Source of the DNA: Eledone cirrhosa
Taxonomy: Eukaryota
Direction of reading: 5' to 3'
Assembly (NCBI GenBank): GCA_964016885.1
Contig: OZ024765.1
Coordinates: 10,354,001-10,418,000 of the forward strand
Length of the DNA stretch: 64,000 bases
Below are positions 48,936 to 62,067 of the stretch, in pieces; position 1 is the stretch's first letter; each line of letters opens with the position of its first letter. The translations under genes were made by a program, and so were the position numbers. The notes under the pieces were generated by a model. It ran no database searches. It was not told the DNA's origin and saw only the letters and a program-made list of their open reading frames with translations.

Positions 48936-51900
48936 GCTGTAAAAGCCAAATTCATTTTCAATTTGGTATCGTGCTAACCGTTACCGATGGTCATGAATCT
49001 TGGCTAATTACCGAGAGAATACGATCACGAATACAAGTGGCAGAAGGGACTTTGGAGATCGGAGAGTTGCTCTAGGTAGAGTTGCTACTTCCTCCGAATT
49101 GCGAGGTCACAGCTCTGATACTATAGACATGTGATCAGAATGTCTAAGAAAAGAATCACTGGACAAATCCAAACAGGCGTAGGCACTGAGCAACATTGTT
49201 GGATAACATCCATGGGCTTGGTTGGTTCACTTGGGGATTCAGCTGGATCAATTAGAGACAGTTGTTTCTGTCAGGACCTGCTGGAAAGTCTGTTGGGTGA
49301 CACAGACCACACAACTTTCCCAAGAAAAAGTGGTCAAAGAAGATGATATTTGTTCTGGATCACTGCGCTCTGAGTTCAGATCTCACCAAAAACAGCTTTG
49401 CCTTTCATCCTTCCGAGGCTGATAAAATCGAATCCACTGCCCCATGAGTTGGGGAGTAGATTGACAGAATAGAATGCTTTATAGTATTTGATCCATCTCT
49501 GTACATTTTGTGTTCAAAATACACCTCCTTCAGTCAGGAATTGTGTCTGTCAGTATCAGCAATAGAACAATTATTTCATTGGTCTGATCTGTTTATCATC
49601 ATTTTTACATCTTATTTTTCACACCTGCATGGTTGGACAGCTTCTTTTCAGCACAACATCTCTCCACATGCTGTGATCCTTCGTCATCTCCACTGAGTTT
49701 CAGCGATTTGAGATCAGCTCACACTACCTCTGCTCAAATCTTCCTTCAGCTTCCTCTATTTCGGCTTCCTTCCACTGGGATTTCTTAACTCTTCTTCACA
49801 CAGCAATCATTCCTGATAAAGTCCAAAACAGCAATGTCACTGCATCACATTAAAAATTTACCCTTTTGATACTAAACCACCTAAAATTGTACTTGGTTTT
49901 CATCACCATTTAACGTCCATTTTTCCACACTAGCATGGGTTAGACGAATTGTCCCATCATGAAACAAGCCAGATCAGCTGACTGTGTCTTGCTCATATAG
50001 AACTGTTTCTGGCTCTGTTTCTATGGCTGGATGTCCTTCCTAATGTCACATTTACAGTTTGGACTGGGCACTTTTTGTTGTGACACACACACTTACATGA
50101 CCACTTAGCAGTTTGGACCAAGCAGTTTTTGTCGTGGCACCAAAACAACCACTTAACAATGGGGGCCGGGGTGGAGGAGATATGTGGGTATTGGAGAGGT
50201 AGATCTAGAGTGGGGCACTTATCTGGTGATGGGAGGGGGTGGGGAAGGCTGTGTGCAAGATGTATGCTTCAACCCGACCTGTGCACATGAAAAGGCAGAT
50301 CCTGTGTGATCGCCTTTGAGAGGTGCACGGTCAGCTTTCATCAGCTTATTCCAAGTCCCCCTAGGTCTTCTTTCATGAAAAACTCTCCTTTCAAACCCAT
50401 TGCATGGTCAGCTTTTATTACTTCATTCCAAGTCTTTCTAGGTCTGCCTACTCTTCTTTCATGATGCAAAACTCTCTTTTCAAACCCATTGCACGGTCAG
50501 CTTTTATTACTTCATTCCAAGTCTTTCTAGGTCTGCCTACTCTTCTTTCAAACCCATTGCACGGTCAGCTTTTATTACTTCATTCCAAGTCTTTCTAGGT
50601 CTTCCTACTCTTCTTTCATGATGCAAAACTCTTCCTTCAAACCCATAAGTTATATCCCAAACACCAACGTAATATGAGAAAGTAACATTTCAAAATCTTT
50701 CCAAATTCTTAATTATTTTCAATGAAATGAAAATCATACATTATGTCTTTTATTAGAAATATAGTTAATGTGATTTGGTGAAGTATTATTTTGATACCAG
50801 ACGTTATTCAGGATGTAAAAATACGTTGAAAATTGAATTGGTTTAGCAGCTTTCACTCTACAGTGGACCCTCGGTTCATGAACTTAATTCATTCCTGAAA
50901 GCCGTTCATCGCCCAAAATGTTTGTAAACTGAAACTGTTTTTCCTTTATGAAATGTTGAGAGAGACTGTGTGAAAGACAGATAAATATCACCATAGTAAT
51001 ACTACGAATTAGAAAGTGGGATAGAATGCTTTCTGAGTTCAAATCTCACCAAGGTCAACTTTGCCTTTCATTTCGAGGTCGGTTAAAAAAAAGTACCAGT
51101 ATAGTAGTACTGGGGTGGATTCTTCCTCTATATCTCTTTCTTATTTTCTCTCTCTCAATCTCTATCTTTCTCTGGAAGAAATCTACTGTATTCAGACCTG
51201 GTGAGAGAGGAGATGGGCTCCACCAGGTTTAACCCTTTAGCATTCATATTACTCTATATGTACTATTGTATTTTCATAGTAAAGGCTTTACCTCACATAA
51301 TTATCTCGCATAACATTGAATCTATGAGATTTTGAAAGTATTTATTTTGAGAACAATACCTTAACATCAGTTTGAGTGACCAGTTACAGTCAGTTTCAAC
51401 AGAAAGAGGTAGGGGATGCTGGCCAGTTTTGGCCGGTTTGAACATTAAAGGGTTAAAATGCCCAAGAAATGCCTTATGTCAATACAGTGCACCTACCCTA
51501 CAAACCCATTAATCTTACTGAAGTCAATTTTGCCTTTCATCCTTTTGTCCAGCATAGTACGGTGGTCGATGTTTCGTCTGTATCTCTTTCTCACTCTCTA
51601 TCCCTTTCTGGAAGAAATCTTTTCAGACATGGAGAGGGACGGGCTCTGCCAGATTTAAAGTCCCCAAGAAAACTCCAGCGCCCGTATGATTCCATCAGGT
51701 GTTATGGGTCCATACCATATGCTACGCCACACCTCCTTTTACTTCTGAGTCGTAGGGGCACTGTAGTGACATATGTCCTGGGTATTTAGACTTGGTGGAG
51801 TTCATCTCTTTTCAGGTCTGAACATAGCTGATTGCTTTCAAAGGGAGTGAGAAGGACATAGAGAAAAGAAATAGACCCCAGTACTTGACTGGTATTTTAT

Positions 51901-52232
51901 TTATCAACCTCAAAAGTAGGAAAGGCCAAGTTGATTTTGGAGGGAATTGAACTCAGAATGCAAAAGGCTGAGACAAATACTTGCAAACCATTCTATCCAA
52001 CATTTTAATGACTCTACCAATTCACTTCCTATAACATTACAGTTTTATGTCTATTTTTCTTGCTAGCATGGGTTAGAGGAGCTTAGTGCTGGACTTAACT
52101 ATAGCTTAGAGCAGGGGTGTGCAACATATGCCATTGGCGGGCCACTTTTGAACATTAGAATAACTATTGGGGCCATTAATATTTATTAAGCACTATTCCA
52201 AAGATTCACCACAATTTCTTTCCATAACATGG

Positions 52233-53180
52233 AACTGGGAAATTATAACACACATAACCCTATCAGTGAAGCCCTTTAGTATAGGTCAACTGGGGAAATT
52301 ATAACACACATAACCCTATCAGTGAAGCCCTTTAGTATAGGTCAACTGGGGAAATTATAACACACATAACCCTATCAGTGAAGCCCTTTAGTATAGGTCA
52401 ACTGGGGAAATTATAACACACATAACCCTATCAGTGAAGCCCTTTAGTATAGGTCAACTGTGAAATTATAACACACATAACCCTATCAGTGAAGCCCTTT
52501 AGTATAGGTCAACTGGGGAAATTATAACACGCATAACCCTATCAGTGAAGCCCTTTAGTATAGGTCAACTGGGGAAATTATAACACACATAACCCTATCA
52601 GGGAAGCCCTTTAGTATAGGTCAACTGGGGAAATTATAACACACATAACCCTATCAGTGAAGCCCTTTAGTATAGGTCAACTGTGAAATTATAACACACA
52701 TAACCCTATCAGTGAAGCCCTTTAGTATAGGTCAACTGGGGAAATTATAACACACATAACCCTATCAGTGAAGCCCTTTAGTATAGGTCAACTGGGGAAA
52801 TTATAACACACATAACCCTATCAGTGAAGCCCTTTAGTATAGGTCAACTGGGAAATTATAACACACATAACCCTATCAGTGAAGCCCTTTAGTATAGGTC
52901 AACTGGGAAATTATAACACACATAACCCTATCAGTGAAGCCCTTTAGTATAGGTCAACTGGGGAAATTATAACACACATAACTCTATCAGTGAAGCCCTT
53001 TAGTATAGGTCAACTGTGAAATTATAACACACACAACCCTATCAGTGAAGCCCTTTAGTATAGGTTAACTGTGAAATTATAACACACATAACCCTATCAG
53101 TGAAGCCCTTTAGTATAGGTCAACTGGGGAAATTATAACACACATAACTCTATCAGTGAAGCCCTTTAGTATAGGTCAAC
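52233..53180. repeat. 55/56-bp homogeneous minisatellite, about 17 copies
   Basis: Unit AACTGGGGAAATTATAACACACATAACCCTATCAGTGAAGCCCTTTAGTATAGGTC; no spacers. Confidence 0.97.
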
Positions 53181-53389
53181 TAACAGAATATTGTAAATTT
53201 CATATAGCTGAGGGCCTCCACAGGTGACAGTCCAGTCTTGAAGGGGCTGTCATATTCTGAGGCTTGACAGGTCAGGGGACCACACCATGCTCATGTTGCA
53301 CTTTTGGCTTAGTTTCTATGGCTGAGAGCTCTTCTAAATGTCAACCATTTAACAGCATGTAGAGGGAGCATTTTATCGTGACTCCTGCC

Positions 53390-53775
53390 TTACTACTTTA
53401 CAGAAGGGACTGGGTGCTTTTTTTTGTTGTGACACCAGCACTTATCACTATGCAGAGTGTATTGGGTACATTTACAGAGTGGACTGGGTGTATTTTATAA
53501 CACCAGCATTACCACTTTACAGAGTGGACTAGGTATATTTTATCATAACACCAGGACTACCACTTTACAGAGTGGACTGGGTACATATCATAACACCAGG
53601 ACTACCACTTTACAGAGTGAACTGTGTGTATTTTATCATGACACCAACACTACCACTTTACAGTGTGTACTGGTTGTATTTTATTATGACACTTAGCAGT
53701 ACCACATTATAGAGTGTACTGGGTGTATTTCATTGCAGCACCAGCACTACAACATTACAGAGTGTACTGGGTTCT
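53390..53775 (-). repeat. ~42-bp degenerate tandem array derived from the SINE/LINE tail module
   Basis: Repeated ACCACTTTACAGAGTGGACTGGGTG...ACACCAG. Confidence 0.8.
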
Positions 53776-55006
53776 GCTTGTTGTCACATACATTAGTATT
53801 ATGCAAGATGTTGGCACTCCGTTGTTTACGATAGTGAGTATTTCGGTTGATTAAATCAGTGGAACAAATATGTGCAGAATATAAAAAAAGTTAGGGTCAA
53901 GGATATTACAGTGGAACCTCGGTTCATGATCGCCTCTCATCACAAACAAATTGGTTCACAAATAATTTTTTTGAACATAAAATGTCTTGGTTCTCGTAAG
54001 GTGTTTTGAGTAACAAAAATGCAAGCTGGCAACAGCGGTTGGCAAACAAGCTAAGAGGATTGACGGGAAAGTGTCATTTTCTGTGTAGTTAGTTAGTTAT
54101 GGTCATATCTATCTGTAGTTCACAGTGTGTCTCTCTCTCAACATTTTGTGTAGGAAAATTTAGTTTCAGTTTACAAACATTCTAGGTGATGATTGGCCTC
54201 CAGGAACGAGGGTCCACTGTGTTGAGGGAGCTTCAATCCTATCAATAGAAATCAACCTGAAACTGCCCCCCCCCCCCGTTTTTACAGATTGCCAGACAAA
54301 CGTACACACACACACACACACACATTTATATACACACAACACCAATATATATTCCCTATACCATCTGATACATGTCTGGAAAATGGTCATGAAAAGGTGA
54401 TGATATTACAGAGAGAGAGGTTTAAACCTAGCCAAGATGCCAAGCGGTTGGGTTTATAGATTCTATACCTGTTCTGCATCTTCCCATGCATTGAGTGCTC
54501 TCTTGGTTTGTGGTCTCCTCGGTCTCAGCACCGCAGACTCTCTCTTTCCCTCTATCCATCTCTACTGGAAGGTGGGTGGATGTGGCAAAAATGGCTCAAG
54601 TGATTGGGCCTTCTTTGTATATAAACCTGTAGGTTGAAGAGGGCAAAAGGAAGCACTTACACAACATGCTCCTGGAGTTGAGGGTTGTTCTATCTACGGG
54701 GTATAAAGCAACCCATTTATAACTCCCTCTATTGGGGATTTTGATTGTTATATTTTAATATTAAAACTTTATTTTACACAACTGTAAAATCCCTTCCATC
54801 GTCCCCTTTTCTTGTGCGCTCTTGTGGCAAATAAAGAAATATATCTATATCGGTAGAGTGTCAGACACTACGCTTTGCAGCATAGAGTTATCTCTCTTTA
54901 CGTTTGAGTTCAAATCCCGCCAAGGTTAACTTTGCCTTTCATCCTTACAGGGTTGATCAAATAAAGTACCAGTAATGCACTGGCCTTGTGCCAAAAGTAG
55001 AAACAA

Positions 55007-56170
55007 TCTATACATAATATAAAAGAGAGATGTTTATTGGTTGGTTGGTTGGTTGAATTGCACGAAAACTACAAACATACACCCAAATACATACACACAC
55101 ATCTAAAGAGAGGGAGAGACAGAAAGAGAGATAGGCCGTTATATAGAGAGAGATATAATTAAAGTGTAAACTCCGACTCACACACTTACACCTCACCAAG
55201 ACAATGTCACTGGACCGAGACCTTTGGCGGTACTCAGTAATAGAGAAGACCCGCCTCACCTAAATACAAAGTAAAACCTACTACAGTCAGTAGGCATCTC
55301 TAACAAAATACACCCCCGTCCCACCACCCCCACCCCACCCCATCCACACCGCCCCCTTCTATGTAAAGTTATGTTGGTGCCACACCATCCAGGCCGAAAC
55401 AAATGAGATCGTGTAGGTGTCACGACAAAAAAACACACAGTCCACGCTGTAATGTGGCCGTGTAGGCAACACGGTAAAAACCTCCCAGACCCACACTGTA
55501 AATGTGGTTGGTGTTAGGAAGGGCATCCAACTGTAGAAAACCTGTCAGACAGTCCTATGCGAGCAAGACAATCACTCTTGCCTCAAGTGGGAAAACCCCC
55601 GTCCAAACCCATGCAAGCGTGGAACACGGACGTTAAACGTTGATGATGATGATGATATTCAAAGAGAGAGTGACGTCGCACAAAAGTCTAGAATCGGCTT
55701 AAACTATAGATCCTTTGATCTATAAGAAGGTTTAACAATATTGTGTTAGCTTTTATAAAGTTGTTTTACAGTTTTTGATTTTACAGAACAAAGAAAAATT
55801 GATACTATTTGAAATTAATCTACCCTCCATCTTTTATCCATATACTACTTACAGTCTGTACTAACGAAGCTAAACACTTCAGAAGCAATGTTATGTGGTA
55901 TATTGCTGTGTTTCAGATGACATCCTTTGGAGCTGAAAAAGATCATACTGACTATGGTTATTTCACATTTAAAATCCAAGGACAATGCTACCATTTAATT
56001 GACAGTTTATTTCCCCAGCCTAATAAGGAAGTTTTATGATTGTTTTTTTTTTGTCTCTGTCACACTCAAACACATTATGGTCTCACCTCATACCAGACAA
56101 CACATCTGTTTTCTCTTTCATCCGTCTTCTCTTAACTATTCTCCTGGGCGAAGCCGGGTACTTCAGCTAG
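55007..56170 (+). mobile_element. Non-autonomous Helitron with RepHel N-terminal fragment and nested RTE tail
   Basis: 5' TCTATAC..., 3' hairpin CCTGGGCGAAGCCGGG plus CTAG, A|T insertion site. ORF 55809-56039 (AKHFRSNV..FQMTSFGA..FKIQGQCYHLIDSL) resembles Helitron helicase N-terminal sequence. Confidence 0.85.
55180..55655 (+). mobile_element. RTE LINE 3' end nested in the Helitron
   Basis: Similar to the reverse complement of 47945-48245 plus 46380-46500; (GAT)n tail. Confidence 0.8.
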
Positions 56171-56186
56171 TTATTAATAAAGAAAC

Positions 56187-56232
<46 letters not shown>

Positions 56233-56234
<2 letters not shown>

Positions 56235-56496
56235 GGCTTAGTGGTTAGAGCATTGGGCTTGCAATCGAAAGGTTGTGAGTTCAATTCTCAGACCGGGTGA
56301 TGTGTTGTTTCCTTGAGCAAGACACTTTATTTCACATTGCTCCAGTTTACTCAGCTGTAGAAATGAGATGATAGGACTGGGGTCCATATCATTCCACTGC
56401 AAAGTGGTCGTGGATGTGCCACGGCAAAAAAGCACCCAGCACTCACTGTAAATGAGGTTGGTGTTAGGAAGGGCATCCAGCTGTAGAAATCAAGCC
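56233..56496 (+). mobile_element. tRNA-derived SINE with intact pol III A/B boxes
   Basis: TGGCTTAGTGG (56234-56244) and GAGTTCAATTC (56277-56287); the 3' part is shared with the RTE 3' UTR. Confidence 0.85.
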
Positions 56497-57345
56497 ATTC
56501 ATGTTGCCATCTCTTACATACACATATACACGTATGTTGTTGGACCTTTGTGGTTTCCCACGACAAGTTGCTCTGGTTGATTAAATCAATAGAACTGGTA
56601 GGATGTAAGTATCAAAGATCTTAGCCTTCAAATGATGGGAAACTCGTTTTGATGTTAGTACTTCATTGTTCTTGTTGAAAGCTGCCCAACCTAGAGCGAT
56701 ATAATACTGCGCAGCAACCATTCCATTGTTGTTTGATGATAGTTTGTGACCGAGATATACAAACTCTGTAACTTGAGCAATTTGTTGGTTGTAGATTGTG
56801 AGATGGAGATTGGCATTGTTTTATCAGTTTTAGAACCTGGCAGAGCTGAGTTCCTTACCAGGTCTGAATACAGCAGATTTCTTCCAGAGAAGGTTAGAGA
56901 GAGTGAGAAAGAGATATAGAGGAAGCATCGACCCAGTACTAATTGGTATTTTTTTTTTATTGACCTTGAATGGATGAAAGGCAAAGTTGACCTTGGCAGG
57001 ATTTGAACTCAGAAAGTAGAAACAAATACTGCAAAGCATTCTACCCGACGTTCCGACGACTCTGCTAATTTGTCACTTATAACGGTTTCGTTACCGTATT
57101 TCTAATACACTGCCAATATGTTTCAATTAATTAAAAAAACTAGGTAGAATTGCTAACCTTTTCATTACTGTATTTTTAATGAAATGCAGCGCCTATTTGT
57201 TTCAAATAATTTTGAAAATAATTAAGTATTTGAAAGAATTTAATGAAATAATTAAGTTTTTCATTAGTAAACTGGTATTGAGAACATTACTTATGAAAAT
57301 TTTCTGAAATAAAATTATGATGGAAGCTTTTAAGTTAAACATTGG

Positions 57346-57683
57346 TGAAACAAAACCAACCATTTTAAAAGGTTCCTATTTAAATTAAAATCTTCCCACA
57401 TAATTTTATATGAGAACCATATGTTAAGTTACTATCTTAGAAATGGAATAATTAATAATTTTAGTAAATCCCTTGAAATTCTTCATTAACCCTTTTATAC
57501 CAACTCATCCAGTTTGTTTCATAGAACCAGAGCTGGTTTTCGTTGGGTTGATATCAGAAGGATTTACTAATATTATTAATATTTTATTACTAAGATAGTA
57601 ACTTCACATATGGTTCTTTTTAAAATTATGTTGGAAGATTTTGATTTAAATAGGTACCCTTTAAAATGGTTGGTTTTGTTTCA
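57346..57683. repeat. Imperfect inverted duplication (~125-bp arms) of a MITE
   Basis: AACAAAACCAACCATTTTAAAAGG...GTAAATCC mirrored by GGATTTAC...CCTTTTAAAATGGTTGGTTTTGTT. Confidence 0.75.
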
Positions 57684-57803
57684 TAAAAACCAGTTGTGGT
57701 TTTGGCTGGGTTGGTATCAGAAGGGTTAGTGAAGAATTTTGAGGGATTTGTTAAAATTCTTAATTATTTCATTACTAACCTTTCATTATAAATGTATGTT
57801 TTA

Positions 57804-58453
57804 TCTATATATATAAAGTTGTATTCCTGTCTGTTTGTTTGTTCACGAACTCCTCCTATGGTTTTGGAGATAGACCATATATATTCTGAAATTATATTGC
57901 CCAGGGTACTTGGATAAGTATATTTCATTTTAATTAAAGAGTTCCCCGGGGGCACAAAACCCCCCGCTGAACATTTTTTCCCTTCGATTTATATGAAATT
58001 TAAACCAGAGGTAAATGAAAAGATATGATGCCTTTTCACAAAATTTCAGCAAATTTCAATAATATTAAGACACCCTAATGGGGGTTACACTCCCTATTAG
58101 AGTTCCCTGGGGGCACAAACTCTGCTGAAAATTTTTTCCCTTCGATTTATATGAAATTTGTATCATAGGTAAATGACAAGATATGATGCCTATTCACAAA
58201 AGTTTTGAATTGATATTTTGAAAAACATTATTTACAAGAAACAAAATAAGAATAAGATTTAATAATGTAATTTTGATTTGATATATTACACAAAAAATAA
58301 TGTTTTCCAGTTTTTCATGCATTACATTTTACATTGAGTAATATTGAAATGCAGAGTTTTTCTCCATAAATTATATCACTGATTTAAAATCAATCATCAT
58401 TTTCTTACAAAAAAAATGTGTGAAACGCAGCAAGGCGTGGGTAATTTGGCTAG
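57804..58453 (+). mobile_element. Non-autonomous Helitron
   Basis: A|TCTATATATATAAAG...TGTTTGTTTGTT 5' end, ACGCAGCAAGGCGTGGG hairpin, CTAG|T 3' end, internal ~150-bp duplication. Confidence 0.75.
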
Positions 58454-59063
58454 TTACAAATATATAATAAAAAGGTTGAAATGTATTGAGTGTATTTAAT
58501 AATAAGTAGTCACGAAACAGGTAAATTCTAATAGTGTATTTAGATAGAAATATGGTTAAGGTGTATAAAAAATGTTTTCCCGTTTTGTGTTTTTTTAAAA
58601 CAAATTTTCATTGTGAATGTATCACTGCATTGATGTATGTAAAAGGTTTGTGAATGGTGGTTTGGTGGGTGAATGTGTGGAGTTCACGATATCTGCAGCA
58701 GCTGCTGCTGCAGTGAGCATCAAGGTAGCTGCTATTTGAAGCTGCTAAACTGCCTCTGTCTTGCTACACACTCTTAACAACATAAGATTGATGGATAGAT
58801 GTGTGTTTTATACAACAAGCAGTCATGGGTTGCAGACATTACTGCCCTTTTACAGACAGACTTCCGACTTGGTTAAGATAGAAACTCTACCACTATATAC
58901 AACACACACATATATGTGTGGTGCGTATATATATGCTGTATATTTGTATATGTATGTATACAGTGGCTCTTATTGTTATCATCGCCATGGTCATCATGAT
59001 TTTACATCTGATTTTTTTCCATGCTTGCATGAGTTGGTATAGAGAATATATACTAGTGTTTTA

Positions 59064-59112
<49 letters not shown>

Positions 59113-60042
59113 TTATATGTGTGTGTGTGCATATATATATATATACATGTGTTTATGTGTGTGTATATATACACACACACACATACATACAGGGTGTCCC
59201 CCAAAAATGCATACACATTGATTACCTATACAGGCAATATTTATTAGAATGCTGTTGAAGTGTGTATACATTTTTGGGACACTCTGTACATACATATATG
59301 TATATATTTTGTCATTATCATTTTACAGCCACCTTTCCATTCTCGTATAGGTTGGAATGGGTTCTCTCCTCTGTGAAGTTCGGTGTTTTGAGATCACCTC
59401 TTACCACCTCCATCCAAGCTTTCCTTGGTCTCCTTCTACTGCAGCTTCCTTCCACTGGCATTCTAACGAAACCAACACAGTCTTTTCCCTTACCCACTAT
59501 CTAATTCTTCTATACACTCAGGTGTGCCTGTGTTTAACCCTTTAGCATTTACATTAATTACTCTATATTTACTATTATATTTTCATGGTAAACACTTTAT
59601 CCCATAATTATCTCACATAATATCGAATCTATGAGATTTTTATATTATTTATTTTGAGAACAATACCGTAACATGAGCAGCCAATTACATGCTGGTTTGA
59701 ACAGAAAGAGGTGAGAGAATTCTGGCCGGATATGGCCGGTTTAAATGCTAAAGGGTTAAAATAGTTGACACAATATGCATGTTTTTCTCCTCCTTTTTTT
59801 TCCTTATTTTTCCCTGTTCCTTCCATCTTCTCACTCTTTTCTTTCTATTTATCTTCTATTTCTTACTGATGTTAGTATCTGAGACGTTAACCCTTTAGCA
59901 TTTAAACCGGCTGTATCCGGCCAGAATTCTCTCACCTTTTTCTGTTGAAGATGGCCAGAACCAGCTGCTCAAACTGATGTTAAGGTATTGTTCTCAAAAC
60001 AAATAATTGTTTCTACTTTAGGCACAAGGCCAGCAATTAACC

Positions 60043-60165
60043 AGTGTATTACTGGTACTTTATTTTATCGACCCCGTAAGGATGAAAGGCAAAGTCAACC
60101 TCGGCGGGATTGACTTTGCCTTTCATCCTTACGGGGTCGATAAAATAAAGTACCAGTAATACACT
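60043..60165. repeat. Perfect 56-bp SINE fold-back with 11-nt loop
   Basis: 60043-60098 is the exact reverse complement of 60110-60165 by inspection. Confidence 0.92.
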
Positions 60166-60644
60166 CAAAATAAATATCAAAATCTCATAGATTCAATATT
60201 ATATGAGATAATTAGGTGAGATAAAGCCTTTACCACAAAAAAAAAAAATAGTAAATATAGAGCAATGTAAATGCGAAAGGGTTAAGACTCTATTTTTGCT
60301 ATTTCAAGTGTTAAACTAATATATTTCTTCCATGTACTGTGCTGTTTGTTTTGTTATTTTTGTTGTTTATTTTTTACACATGCACACACACAGTGGTTGT
60401 TTTGGTGACATGACAAAAAGCTCCCACTTTGCATTGTAAAGTGGTTGTGGAGGTGTCACGACAGAAAGTACGCAATGTAAATGTGGTTGGCGTTAAGAAG
60501 GGCACCCAGTCCATTTTTCAACGCTAGCAAGGGTTAGATGAGTTGTCCCATTATGAGACCAGTCAGCTCAGATGATCGTGTCTTGCTCATGTAGAACTGT
60601 TTCTTGCTTGATTTCTATGACTGGATGCCCTTCCTAATGCCAAC

Positions 60645-61190
60645 CACATTTACAGTGTATACTGGGTGCTTTTTATTGTGGCACCTTACACAACATTTTA
60701 CTGTGTACTGGGTGCTTTTTAGTTGGGCACCTTACATGACACATTTTACTGTGTACTGGGTGCTTTTTAGTTGGGCACCTTACATGATACATTTTACTGT
60801 GTACTGGGTGCTTTTTATTGTGCCACCTTACACGACACATTTTACTGTGTACTAGATGCTTTTTATTGTGGCACCTTACACGACACATTTTACTGTGTAC
60901 TGGCTGCTTTTTATTGTGGCACCTTACACGGCATATTTTACTGTGTACTGGCTGCTTTTTATCGTGGCACCTTACTGATCATTTTATTGTGTGGACTGGG
61001 TGCTTTTTATCGTGGCACCTTACTGATCATTTTATTGTGTGGACTGGGTGCTTTTTATCGTGGCACCTTACTGATCATTTTATTGTGTGGACTAGGTGCT
61101 TTTTATCGTGGCACCTTACTGATCATTTTGTGTGTGGACTGGGTGCTTTTTGTCATGGCACCAAAACAATACTTTACAGTGTGGACTGGA
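60645..61190 (-). repeat. ~44-bp tandem array derived from the SINE/LINE tail module, about 12 copies
   Basis: Repeated TTTTACTGTGTACTGGGTGCTTTTTATTGTGGCACCTTACACGACACA with graded variants. Confidence 0.9.
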
Positions 61191-62015
61191 GTAATGGAAG
61201 TGCATGTATATAGGGTGGGGATTGGAGAGGTAGGTCTAATTTGTGTTATTTAGTCGTAGCCAAGCCCATTCCTCGCTATCTGATTTCTTCCAGAGAGACA
61301 GAGAGAGTGATAGAGGGGGTGTTAGAAAGAGATATAGTGGAAGACTTGGTACCAGTTTAGTACTGGAAGTCATCAACTTTGCCTTTCATCCTTTCATGGT
61401 TGATAAAAAAAAAGTAACGGTCCAAGACTTAAAGGCTGTGATGTTGGACCATGATGTGTGGCAGAGGGACTTTGTGCTGTGGCCCAGGTTGAAACCGGTT
61501 AAGGAGAATATTATATGCACAGTGCGGAACTAAAGTTACCACATGGTATTAAGCGGGGTGATAGTAGGAACCGGGACATGTACTGAGCTGAAAAATACTG
61601 ATTGTTGTGAGCCCCTATGGCGGGGGTTTGTTTGTTAGTATGTATAGAGAGAGGGTGCAGTGGGCTAGTTTGTTTGTTAGTATATATGATATAGAGAGTG
61701 GGCAGGGTGGTTGGTGGGGATAGGGGGTAGCTAAAACTGAGAAAGAAGTAGGCCACTGAAGAAGACTTGGGGTGGAAGAAGTAAGTTTGCAATTTTTTTT
61801 AAATTTTAGATTTAGACCATAGCGGTGGAGGAGGAGGAGTGTGATAGTAGTGGTGGCGGCGGTGGTGCAGTGTGGTAGTAGTGGTGGTGGTGGAGCAGTG
61901 CGGTGGTAGTGGCGGCAGTGTGGTGGTAGCAGTGGCAGTGGAGCAGTGTGGTAGTAGTTGTGGTGGTGGTGGAGGGTATTCAAGACCAAAGTCAAGAAAT
62001 AAGAAGATCTCTCTA

Positions 62016-62067
<52 letters not shown>

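Noticed and set aside
52233-53180. CRISPR-like regular array
   Set aside because: Units are contiguous with no unique spacers, there are no cas genes, and the context is eukaryotic.
56233-56300. tRNA gene
   Set aside because: The A/B boxes belong to a SINE head that continues into SINE body sequence; no acceptor stem.
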